64,000 nucleotides of DNA, from the NCBI GenBank assembly GCA_964540395.1, contig CAZIME010000003.1:11800-75799 (forward strand). Reading direction: 5' to 3'. This DNA comes from an uncultured Bifidobacterium sp. Lineage in GTDB: Bacteria; Actinomycetota; Acidimicrobiia; Acidimicrobiales; Ilumatobacteraceae. Each line of letters starts with the position of its first letter. Position 1 is the stretch's first letter. Positions 45,491 to 54,021 of this stretch are shown piece after piece. The position numbers and the translations under genes were made by a program. The notes under the pieces are model-generated. The model searched no databases, was not told the DNA's origin, and worked only from the letters and a program-made list of their open reading frames with translations.

Positions 45491-47464
45491 ATGACTAACG
45501 CATCCGCGACGCCTCGGCCGCGACGCGACGAGCCGTGGATGATGCGCACCTACTCGGGCCACTCGAGCGCCGAGGCATCGAACGAGTTGTACCGCCTGAA
45601 CCTCTCGAAGGGGCAGACGGGTCTGTCCATTGCATTCGATCTCCCGACACAGACCGGCTACGACCCCGATCATGAACTCGCGCGCGGCGAGGTCGGAAAG
45701 GTCGGCGTGCCCGTCGCGCACCTCGGACACATGCGCACCCTGCTCGCCGGCATTCCACCCGGGGACATGAACACGTCGATGACGATCAACGCAACCGCGC
45801 CGTGGCTGCTCGCCCTGTACGTCGCCAACGCCCGCGAACAAGGAGTGCAGGACCATCACCTGCGCGGCACGACGCAGAACGACCTGCTGAAGGAATACCT
45901 CTCGCGCGGCACGTACATCCTCCCGCCGCTCGCGTCGCGCCGGCTCATCGTCGACATGATCGCCTGGTGCGCGAAGAACTCACCGAAGTGGAATCCGATG
46001 AACGTGTGCTCGTACCACCTGCAGGAGGTGGGTGCGACTCCGACGCAGGAGCTGGCCTTCGCGCTCGTCAATGCCGTCGACATTCTCGATGCCGTTCGCG
46101 ACAGTGGGCAGGTGTCCCCCGACGACTTTGTCGGGGTCTTCGGTTCGATTTCCTTCTTCGTCAACGCCGGAATCCGCTTCGTCGAGGAGACGTGCAAGAT
46201 GCGCGCCTTCGTCGAGCTGTGGGAGCGCATCGGTCGCGAGCGCTACGGAATCACCGATGACAAGGCTCTGCGCTTCCGTTACGGAATGCAGGTGAACTCG
46301 CTCGGACTCACCGAGGCACAGCCCGAAAACAACGTCCAGCGAATCGTCCTTGAAATGCTCGCGGTGACGTTGTCGAAGCGGGCCCGTGCCCGCAGCGTGC
46401 AGTTGCCGACGTGGAACGAGGCCCTCGGGTTGCCGCGCCCGTGGGACCAGCAATGGTCGCTGCGCATGCAACAGGTGCTCGCGTACGAGACCGACCTGCT
46501 CGAGTACGACGACATCTTCGACGGCTCACGGGTCATCAACGAAACCACCCGCAAACTCGTCGACGGTGCATGGGCCGAAGTGAACGAGATCCTCGCTCTC
46601 GGCGGGGCGTACGCGAACGTCGAGGAACTGAAGTCGCGGCTCGTCGCATCGATGGCCGAGCGCGTTCGCCGCATCGAGTCGGGCGACCAAACGGTGGTCG
46701 GCGTCAACCGCTTCACCGAATCGGAGACGTCGCCGCTCGGTGGCAGCGACAACATCTTGCGCGTCGACCCCGGTGTCGAGGCGCGGCTCGTCGCCGACAT
46801 CGAGCAGTGGCGCGCACGACGCGATGGAGCCGCCGTGCAGCGGGCCCTCGATGCACTGCGAACCGCGGTGGAACGCGGTGACAACGTCATGCCGCCGTCG
46901 ATCGAGCTCGCCATTGCGGGTGGCACGACGGGCGAGTGGGCCGCCGCAATGCGCGACGTTTTCGGTGAGTACCGCGCACCGACAGGTGTCGGTGTCCGCA
47001 GCGTCGCCGGCAGCGAGCGCCTCGCGGCGATCGCCCGGCGCAGCGCGTCACTTGCCGGCGGACCGCCGCGCTTCCTCGTCGCCAAACCCGGGCTCGACGG
47101 TCACTCCAGCGGCGCCGAGCAGATTGCCGTCGCCGCCCGCGACGCCGGCATGGAAGTGATCTACAGCGGAATCCGTCTCACACCGCACCAGATCGCCGCA
47201 TCGGCACGCGACGAGGACCCCGATGTCGTCGGTTTGTCGATCTTGTCGGGATCGCACCTCGAACTCGTGCCCGTCGTCGTCGCCGAGCTGCGCAAGAACG
47301 GCGTCCAGGCTCCCGTCATCGTCGGTGGAATCATTCCCGAGGAGGATCGCGATCGCCTCATCGACATCGGCGTTCACCGCGTGTACACGCCGAAGGACTT
47401 CGACATTCCCGCGATCATGGACGACATCGTCGACTTGGTGTCTTCCACGCGCTCGGCGCGCTGA
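45491..47464 (+). CDS. Adenosylcobalamin-dependent acyl-CoA mutase, single-chain (ICM/ECM-like catalytic domain plus C-terminal B12 domain)
   Basis: 657 aa. Motifs are MMRTYSGHSSAEASNELYR and AFDLPTQTGYDPDH. The C-terminal GLDGHSSGAEQ is a DxHxxG motif. Confidence 0.85.
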   Translation: MTNASATPRPRRDEPWMMRTYSGHSSAEASNELYRLNLSKGQTGLSIAFDLPTQTGYDPDHELARGEVGKVGVPVAHLGHMRTLLAGIPPGDMNTSMTINATAPWLLALYVANAREQGVQDHHLRGTTQNDLLKEYLSRGTYILPPLASRRLIVDMIAWCAKNSPKWNPMNVCSYHLQEVGATPTQELAFALVNAVDILDAVRDSGQVSPDDFVGVFGSISFFVNAGIRFVEETCKMRAFVELWERIGRERYGITDDKALRFRYGMQVNSLGLTEAQPENNVQRIVLEMLAVTLSKRARARSVQLPTWNEALGLPRPWDQQWSLRMQQVLAYETDLLEYDDIFDGSRVINETTRKLVDGAWAEVNEILALGGAYANVEELKSRLVASMAERVRRIESGDQTVVGVNRFTESETSPLGGSDNILRVDPGVEARLVADIEQWRARRDGAAVQRALDALRTAVERGDNVMPPSIELAIAGGTTGEWAAAMRDVFGEYRAPTGVGVRSVAGSERLAAIARRSASLAGGPPRFLVAKPGLDGHSSGAEQIAVAARDAGMEVIYSGIRLTPHQIAASARDEDPDVVGLSILSGSHLELVPVVVAELRKNGVQAPVIVGGIIPEEDRDRLIDIGVHRVYTPKDFDIPAIMDDIVDLVSSTRSAR

Positions 47465-47478
47465 CATCGACCGAATCG

Positions 47479-47826
47479 CTACGGCAGCATCGTCGTCGAC
47501 GGCGCAACGGGGACAAATCCCGTCGCCGGCGGCATCTCAAGTATCTGCCCCGCCTCGATGCGATCGGGATTCGTGATGCCGTTGAGACTCATCAGCGCGC
47601 TCATGTCGACGTTGAACATCTGTGCGATCTGAAAGAGGTTGTCCCCGGGTTGGATCGCATAGAAGATCGGCGCCTGGTACACGGTCGTCGTTGTCGTCGA
47701 CGTGGTCGTCGTCGTCTCCGGAACGGCCTCGGTCTGCGATGCGACCCGGGCGGTGACGAGAGCAAGGACTCCCGACACGAGCGACACGACGAGCAGCGTC
47801 CACTGCAGTCGACCGCGGAGGAACAT
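47479..47826 (-). CDS. LysM domain protein with N-terminal anchor and Thr-rich linker
   Basis: Trimmed to MFLRGRLQWTLLVVSL (ATG ends 47826). The LysM domain is YAIQPGDNLFQIAQMFNVDMSALMSLNGITNPDRIEAGQIL. Confidence 0.75.
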   Translation of the reverse strand: MFLRGRLQWTLLVVSLVSGVLALVTARVASQTEAVPETTTTTSTTTTTVYQAPIFYAIQPGDNLFQIAQMFNVDMSALMSLNGITNPDRIEAGQILEMPPATGFVPVAPSTTMLP

Positions 47827-47831
47827 CGTGC

Positions 47832-48275
47832 TCAGGCTAGGCGCGCGAGACGATGGCGGTTGAACCGCGTAACGACGATCGGCGGAACGTTGACGACGAG
47901 CGAGAAACCGACGTTGGCGATGAATGGCAGCGGATCGTTCCACAGCAGGAACACGGGCGTGACTGCGAGCATCGTGAGGTGCGTTTTTTCCGCGCGTAGC
48001 GACTCGACGGCGAGGCGCTGCAGTCCGCCTTCGTGCATTTGAGGGAGCCGCCGCTTGCTCATGCCGCCGAACCACGTACCCGCCTCGGGAACGAGACGCT
48101 TCCATGCGCGTATGCGAAAGACCCGGACGTACAGCTCGCCACCGCGCTCGAACGACCGCAGTCGAGTCCAGCGTCCCACTCGCGCGATACTGGCGAGCGG
48201 CTGACGGGCCCGCCACACACCGACGACGGAGCCGATGACGACCCACGCGACGACGTTGACGATGAAGATCGTCAT
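47832..48275 (-). CDS. Membrane protein of the CrtO-like (glycosyl-4,4'-diaponeurosporenoate acyltransferase) family
   Basis: 147 aa. FERGGELYVRVFRIRAWKRL, ESLRAEKTHL and NVPPIVVTRFNRHRL resemble, from memory, conserved blocks of staphylococcal CrtO. Confidence 0.55.
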   Translation of the reverse strand: MTIFIVNVVAWVVIGSVVGVWRARQPLASIARVGRWTRLRSFERGGELYVRVFRIRAWKRLVPEAGTWFGGMSKRRLPQMHEGGLQRLAVESLRAEKTHLTMLAVTPVFLLWNDPLPFIANVGFSLVVNVPPIVVTRFNRHRLARLA

Positions 48276-48310
48276 GTTGACGGCATCATGACGCGGTTTT
48301 CGCTGCCGCC

Positions 48311-49315
48311 TCAGCGGCGCGCGTCCATGAACATCCCGCGCAACGCCTGGTAGTTCTCGACGCAGTGACCGGCCCCGAGCACGACGGCTTCGAGCGGCTG
48401 GTCGGAGAGGTTGACGGGGACACGGGTATCACGCTGCAATCGTTCGGCGAGTCCGCGCAGCAGCGCACCTCCACCGACGAGATAGATGCCGCGCGTGAGG
48501 AGGTCCTGCGCCAGCTCGGGAGGCGTCGCTGCGAGGCACTCCTTCACCGAATCGATGATCCGCGTGACGACCTCGTCGAGCGCAGTCCGGATCTCCGCCG
48601 CGGTGAGGACGACGATTTTCGGCAAACCGGTGACGAGATCACGACCGCGCACCTCGGCATCGCGATCGGTCGGCGACGCAAGCGCGCTGCCGATGCTGAT
48701 CTTGATCTCCTCGGCAGTGCGTTCTCCGATCGCCAGGCCGTGCTCGCGACGAACGTGGGTCTGGATCGCTTCGTCAAGGGTGAAACCGCCGACGCGCTCG
48801 GCTTTCAGGGTGACGATTCCACCGAGACTGATGACGGCCGTTTCGGTCGTGCCACCGCCGATATCGACGACCATGTTCCCCACCGGTTCGTCGATCGGCA
48901 GGTCCGCGCCGATCGCGGCGGCCATCGGCTGTTCGAGCAACTGGGCGTCGGCGGCACCGGCTCGACGCGTCGCGTCCGTGACCGCGCGGCGCTCGACCTC
49001 GGTGATCGCCGAGGGCACGCAAATGAGAACCTTCGGTCGCTGGAATCGCGACACGCCCGCACGCTTCAGCAGGAGACGGATCATCTGCTCGGTCGTTTCG
49101 AAGTCGGTGATCGCCCCGCCGCGCAACGGTCGCACGGCGACGATCGAACTCGGCGTGCGCCCGATCATGTCCCATGCCTCGCGACCGGTTGCGAGTACCT
49201 CGTTGGTGCGGCGGTTCTTCGCAATGACGGTTGGTTCGTTCATGACGATGCCGCGTCCCTGCATGTACACGAGGGTGTTTGCGGTACCGAGGTCGATGGC
49301 GAGGTCGCGTGCCAC
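48311..49315 (-). CDS. mreB: Rod-shape determining actin homologue MreB
   Basis: 334 aa with a GTG start. Motifs are DLAIDLGTANTLVY and VVDIGGGTTE. Confidence 0.93.
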   Translation of the reverse strand: MARDLAIDLGTANTLVYMQGRGIVMNEPTVIAKNRRTNEVLATGREAWDMIGRTPSSIVAVRPLRGGAITDFETTEQMIRLLLKRAGVSRFQRPKVLICVPSAITEVERRAVTDATRRAGAADAQLLEQPMAAAIGADLPIDEPVGNMVVDIGGGTTETAVISLGGIVTLKAERVGGFTLDEAIQTHVRREHGLAIGERTAEEIKISIGSALASPTDRDAEVRGRDLVTGLPKIVVLTAAEIRTALDEVVTRIIDSVKECLAATPPELAQDLLTRGIYLVGGGALLRGLAERLQRDTRVPVNLSDQPLEAVVLGAGHCVENYQALRGMFMDARR

Positions 49316-49317
49316 GG

Positions 49318-49536
49318 TCAGACCGACTTTCCGGATCGCGTACCTGCACGCAGTTGTTCGCGCAAGTGGGCGCGCGAGTCGTCCGACAGCGCCTGCAGGT
49401 GCTGGCGGAACCGCTCCGCACCGTCGACCTGGCGGGTGCGACCGCCGTCGGCGGCGACGAGATACGCGAGGATGCCCGCGGACACGATGGAAATCGCGGC
49501 AAACATGATGCTCAAGGTTCCCGCCACGCCGATCAC
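49318..49536 (-). CDS. Small membrane protein (72 aa), unknown
   Basis: The GTG at 49534-49536 overlaps the moaE stop (GTGA), and the stop at 49318-49320 lies 2 nt before the mreB start. The sequence is VIGVAGTLSIMFAAISIVSAGILAYLVAADGG..., one TM followed by a charged helix. An alternative ATG ends at 49506. Confidence 0.45.
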   Translation of the reverse strand: MIGVAGTLSIMFAAISIVSAGILAYLVAADGGRTRQVDGAERFRQHLQALSDDSRAHLREQLRAGTRSGKSV

Positions 49537-50033
49537 CGGCGACTCGTCGCTGACACGTCGATGATCGGCTGCGCGTTGGTTCCCCAATCGCTGCCGTCGG
49601 CCCATGTCTCGCGCTTCCAGATCGGAACCGTGTCCTTCAACGTGTCGATCGCGAAGCGTGCCGCCTCGAATGCCGACGGTCGGTGCGGTGCCGACACGAC
49701 GACGACGACTGCGGAATCGGTGAGCTGCAGGAGTCCGACCCGGTGCACCATGCCGATGCGACCGAGATCGGGCCATCGCCGTCGCATCTCGGCGGCGATG
49801 TCGAGCATGCGGCGGCGTGCAGGTTCTTCGTACGCCTCGTAGGCGAGCGTCGAAACGTCGTGGCGACCGTCTGCGTGGTCGCGCACCGTTCCGGAGAACA
49901 GCACCACCGCTCCGCACGACTTCGTCACCGCCCAGTCGTACATGTCGGCGACGTCGATTGCATCGGTGATGAGCTCGATTCGATCGCTCGCATCGCCGGA
50001 AACTGCGTGATCGTGACGCGGCATCGGCATCAT
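49533..50033 (-). CDS. moaE: Molybdopterin synthase catalytic subunit
   Basis: Trimmed to MMPMPRHDH (ATG ends 50033; alternatives end at 50030 and 50024). Motifs are VLFSGTVRDH, YEAYEEPA, SAPHRPSAFEAARFAID and PIWKRE. Confidence 0.85.
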   Translation of the reverse strand: MMPMPRHDHAVSGDASDRIELITDAIDVADMYDWAVTKSCGAVVLFSGTVRDHADGRHDVSTLAYEAYEEPARRRMLDIAAEMRRRWPDLGRIGMVHRVGLLQLTDSAVVVVVSAPHRPSAFEAARFAIDTLKDTVPIWKRETWADGSDWGTNAQPIIDVSATSRR

Positions 50034-50088
50034 CGTACCGCGCACCGCACGACCGACCGTCCAAAACCGGCGCCATAGCATCGTCGTC

Positions 50089-51237
50089 GTGAGCGACGAC
50101 TCGGGTGTCGATCCGCTGCGCCATCCCCTGTTCGGTCCGATGGCCCGTGCCCTCGCCGGCAGCGGCCCCATCCACTGGGACGTCGCCCGACAGACGGCGA
50201 TGATGATCGCAACCGGTGGTTCACCCGAGATGAACGTCGATCCCACCACCCGTATCGCCGTCGAACGACTCGCACCGATCGCCGAGATGCACGTTCGCGA
50301 CGTCACCCAACTCGAGGTGAGCGCCTCGAGTGTCGCGGTCGTCGATCGGTCGACGTGGGTCCACCACACTCTCGCCGAATGGCGCACCTTCTTTTCGTCG
50401 CTCGCCGGATCGCTTCAGCCATCCGCCGATCGCGATGCCGATCCCGTTGCGGCGATGCTCGCCAACGTCGGGCGAATGATTGCGCCGGCAATGACCGGAA
50501 TGTCGATCGGATCCATGATCGGCACCCTCTCAACGACGTCGTTCGGTTGCTACGACCTGCCCCTGCCCCGTGACCCGCACGGTGCGATCCGCATCATCGG
50601 GCGCAACGTCGACGAGTTCGCGCATGAATGGTCGCTCGAGGCCGACGACGTCCGCCTGTGGGTCGTCGCGCATGAACTCGCCACCCATGCCGTGTTCAAC
50701 GTCGCCGACATTCGCAACCACGTCGTCGCATTGATCACCGGATTTGCCGGCGCATTCCGTCCCGATCCCGAGGCATTGATGCACGGGCTCACCGACGTCG
50801 ATCCGTCATCGGCCGATCCGATGGCGCTCATGCAACGCTTCGTCGACGATCCGACACTGCTCACCGGCGCCGTCCGGTCACCCGAACAGGACCGGATCCA
50901 GCCGATTCTCGATGCAGCAATGACCGCGCTCATCGGCTTCGTCGATGTCGCAGTCGACGAGGTGACGAACCGTGTACTGGGTTCGTCATCGCGCATCAGC
51001 GAAGCCGTTCGACGACGCCGGGTGGAGGAATCGAGTCAACGTACGGTCGTCGAGAACCTGCTCGGTCTGCGCCTCGACCGCGACGGCATCGCCGCCGGGC
51101 GAGCATTCGTCAACGGTGTCATCGAGAGGGGCGGTCGGGACGCCCTGGCGCGCATGTTCACGGCCGCACACCGACTGCCGACTCCCGCCGAGATCGCGGC
51201 ACCGGGTTTGTGGTTGGCGCGGGTCGAATTCGACTAG
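50089..51237 (+). CDS. Zincin-like putative metalloprotease (DUF2342-like)
   Basis: 382 aa. The motif VAHELATHAV is HExxH-like with one extra residue. The family assignment is from memory. Confidence 0.5.
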   Translation: MSDDSGVDPLRHPLFGPMARALAGSGPIHWDVARQTAMMIATGGSPEMNVDPTTRIAVERLAPIAEMHVRDVTQLEVSASSVAVVDRSTWVHHTLAEWRTFFSSLAGSLQPSADRDADPVAAMLANVGRMIAPAMTGMSIGSMIGTLSTTSFGCYDLPLPRDPHGAIRIIGRNVDEFAHEWSLEADDVRLWVVAHELATHAVFNVADIRNHVVALITGFAGAFRPDPEALMHGLTDVDPSSADPMALMQRFVDDPTLLTGAVRSPEQDRIQPILDAAMTALIGFVDVAVDEVTNRVLGSSSRISEAVRRRRVEESSQRTVVENLLGLRLDRDGIAAGRAFVNGVIERGGRDALARMFTAAHRLPTPAEIAAPGLWLARVEFD

Positions 51238-51938
51238 ACGCGTTCGAACTTGTAGCCGAGACCGCGGATCGTGACGATCGACCGCGGTGCAGCGGGATCG
51301 GACTCAACCTTCGAGCGGAGGCGCTTGATGTGTACGTCGAGGGTCTTCGTGTCGCCGTAGTAATCGCTGCCCCACACACGATCGATGAGTTGCTCGCGCG
51401 TCATCACTCGACCGGCGTTCACCATGAGAACGTAGAGGAGCTCGAACTCCTTCAGCGGCAACTTCGTACGATCGCCGCGGATGACGACGACGTGCTGCTC
51501 CGGGTCGATCGACACGTCGCCGACGACGACTGCACTGTCCGACGAACCGGTGCCGGTATCGGACGGCAACGTGCGTCGCAGCGCCGCACGGATGCGGGCA
51601 GTCAACTCGCGCATACGGTACGGCTTCACGACATAGTCGTCGGCACCGACTTCGAGACCCACGACCGTGTCGAGTTCGGTGCCCTTCGCCGACACCATGA
51701 TGATCGGTACCGCGCTGCGCTTGCGGATCTCACGACACACGTCGGTTCCCGACACCTTCGGCAGCATGACGTCGAGCAGGATGACGTCGGGATTGACGGC
51801 TTCCCAGGTACGCAAGGCTTCGGCACCGTCACGAGCCACCTCGACGCTGAATCCTTCGCGCTTCAAGCCGACGACGAGTGCATCGACGAACGACTCCTCG
51901 TCCTCAACGACGAGGACCGTGGGCTGCGTGGTGCTCAT
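51234..51938 (-). CDS. regX3: OmpR/PhoB-family response regulator, RegX3-like
   Basis: 234 aa. Motifs are TVLVVEDEESFVDAL, ILLDVMLPKVSGTDVC, VGADDYVVKPY and a winged helix. Confidence 0.88.
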   Translation of the reverse strand: MSTTQPTVLVVEDEESFVDALVVGLKREGFSVEVARDGAEALRTWEAVNPDVILLDVMLPKVSGTDVCREIRKRSAVPIIMVSAKGTELDTVVGLEVGADDYVVKPYRMRELTARIRAALRRTLPSDTGTGSSDSAVVVGDVSIDPEQHVVVIRGDRTKLPLKEFELLYVLMVNAGRVMTREQLIDRVWGSDYYGDTKTLDVHIKRLRSKVESDPAAPRSIVTIRGLGYKFERV

Positions 51939-53167
51939 GCATCGACTCCCGGTGCGTAGGTGCGGTCAATGACCGGGGTCGACGGGTCGACGGTGCCGGT
52001 TGTTCCGACGGAGACGTGACGCGGAAGGACGACCGTGAACGTGGCACCGCGACCCTCCTCCGAAATCACACTCACGGTTCCCCCATGATGCGCAACGACA
52101 TGGCGCACGATCGAGAGACCGAGTCCCGATCCACCCGTTGCGCGACTGCGGGCCCTGTCGACACGGTAGAACCGCTCGAAGATCCGCTGCTGGTCCTTGG
52201 CGGCGATGCCGATGCCCTGATCGATCACTTCGATCGCCACCGACGTGTCGGCAACCTTGACGAGCAGCTGGACGAGTTTCCCGTCACCGCTGTACTTGAT
52301 CGCATTCTCGACGAGGTTGGCGACCGCCGACACGAGCTGATTGCGGTCGCCCTTGACGTAAACGCCCTTCGGGCAGTCGGTCTTCAGAACGATCCCCGTT
52401 CGCGCACATTCGTGCTGCATCCGTGCCGTCACTTCGTCGACGACGAGCGACATGTCGACGGCTTCCCAATGTTCGGCGCCGCCGAACTCGATCCGCGATA
52501 GGTCGAGCAGGTCGTCGACGGTGCTCGAGAGACGGTACGCCTCGCCGACGATGCGACCGGCGAATCGCGAGAGCACCTGCGGATCAGTCTCCTCGACCAT
52601 GGCATCGGCGAGCGCGGCGATGCCGCCGATCGGGGTTTTCAGCTCGTGGCTGAGGTTCGCAACGAAGTCGGTACGCACGGTGTCGATTCGCATGCGCTCG
52701 GTGACGTCCTCGATCGTCACGATGCCGCCACCGGACAGCAGCAGACGTCCGCGCAGATCGAACGAGCGCATCGGTTGCCCGGCGGTCTGCAGGAGACGCT
52801 GTGTCTCACCGCCGGTCAGCGTGCTCTTCAGCAACACTTCCGCCGCCTCCTCGACAAGTACGTCGACATGGCGCACACCGGTTATCGCCGCGGCAGCGAC
52901 GTTCTTGAACGTGATGACACCCGTCCGGTCGGCTACGACGACACCGGCCGGTAGGGCGTCGAGCGCCGAGCGCAACACGACTAGCGAATCCTCGATCGAC
53001 GAACGCGCCTCAGCCGCGACGCGTGGTGCTTCGCCAACCAACGACGTCGGTTCGAGGTGAGCGGCATCACGCACATCGGCCGGCGATTGGTGCGATGTCT
53101 GACGGCGCACGGAGATGCCGAGTCCGGCACCCACCAGGAAGATGACCAGTGCGAGCAGCAGTTCCAT
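51935..53167 (-). CDS. senX3: Sensor histidine kinase, SenX3-like
   Basis: Trimmed to MELLLALVIFLVG (ATG ends 53167). It has the H-box SHELKTPIG, N/G boxes and a 4-bp overlap with regX3. Confidence 0.85.
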   Translation of the reverse strand: MELLLALVIFLVGAGLGISVRRQTSHQSPADVRDAAHLEPTSLVGEAPRVAAEARSSIEDSLVVLRSALDALPAGVVVADRTGVITFKNVAAAAITGVRHVDVLVEEAAEVLLKSTLTGGETQRLLQTAGQPMRSFDLRGRLLLSGGGIVTIEDVTERMRIDTVRTDFVANLSHELKTPIGGIAALADAMVEETDPQVLSRFAGRIVGEAYRLSSTVDDLLDLSRIEFGGAEHWEAVDMSLVVDEVTARMQHECARTGIVLKTDCPKGVYVKGDRNQLVSAVANLVENAIKYSGDGKLVQLLVKVADTSVAIEVIDQGIGIAAKDQQRIFERFYRVDRARSRATGGSGLGLSIVRHVVAHHGGTVSVISEEGRGATFTVVLPRHVSVGTTGTVDPSTPVIDRTYAPGVDA

Positions 53168-53181
53168 CGGTATGCGCGACC

Positions 53182-53901
53182 TCAGGCGGTCGGCAGGGGG
53201 AACTCTCCCGTCGCGTCGCGTTGACGCTGACGATCGATCGCCTTCAATTCGGGCTTCCATCCCGTGAGGGCGAAGCGCACGCGTTCACCGACGTTCACGG
53301 CATGGTCACCGATGCGCTCGTAGAAACGGGCGACGACGGCAAGCTGCACGGCGAGCTGTAGATCCATCCGCTCGCGCGCATGTGTCTCGAAGATCGATCC
53401 GACGAACTGACGGTGCAGACCGTCAAGGAAGGAGTCCATGTCCTCGAGCGCCGCGGCAGTTGCCGCATCGTTCTCGGCAAACGAATTGATCGCTGCGGTG
53501 AAGAGTTGTTCACCCTGCTCACTCATCTTCGAGATGAGTCCGCGCAGGACCGGATCGATTTCCTTTCCGTAAATGCGTCGCGCTGCCTTGCAGATGTTGA
53601 CCGCGAGATCCGCCGAGCGCTCGAGATCGCTGACAATCTTCAGGATCGAGACGAGCTGGCGGAGCTCGCCGGCGACCGGTGCCTGCAGTGCGAGTATCTC
53701 GAAGACGCGGTTCTCGATGTCGTGCGAACGGGCGTCGATTTCGTCGTCGGACTGCACGAGGTAGTCGGCACCCTCGAGATCACCGTTGAGCAGAACCGCC
53801 GTCGCCCGAGGAATCGCTTCGATGACCGAGGCTCCGAGACGGACCACTTCGGCACGTAGAGCCTCCATTTCGGAGTGGAAAGTCTTCCTCGTCTCTTCCA
53901 T
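53182..53901 (-). CDS. phoU: Phosphate signalling accessory protein PhoU
   Basis: Trimmed to MEETRKTFHSEMEAL (ATG ends 53901). It has two PhoU repeats with E/D-x3-D motifs (ERIGDHAVN, ERSADLAVN). Confidence 0.88.
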   Translation of the reverse strand: MEETRKTFHSEMEALRAEVVRLGASVIEAIPRATAVLLNGDLEGADYLVQSDDEIDARSHDIENRVFEILALQAPVAGELRQLVSILKIVSDLERSADLAVNICKAARRIYGKEIDPVLRGLISKMSEQGEQLFTAAINSFAENDAATAAALEDMDSFLDGLHRQFVGSIFETHARERMDLQLAVQLAVVARFYERIGDHAVNVGERVRFALTGWKPELKAIDRQRQRDATGEFPLPTA

Positions 53902-53988
53902 TGGCGGTCTCCCGTCATACGACCTTGGGCACAAGGGTACGGGGTCGACGAAGCGCCCCGGTGAGATTGCGCTGAATGCCGTCTTTCG

Positions 53989-54010
53989 GCAATCTGAACG
54001 TTGGGTGAAC
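53989..54010 (-). promoter_or_regulatory. Two direct 11-nt units GTTCACCCAAC / GTTCAGATTGC (PHO-box-like) upstream of phoU-senX3-regX3
   Basis: Read on the minus strand, about 90-110 nt upstream of the phoU ATG. The GTTCA core is repeated with 11-bp periodicity. Confidence 0.4.
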
Positions 54011-54021
54011 GTCGCCGACGA

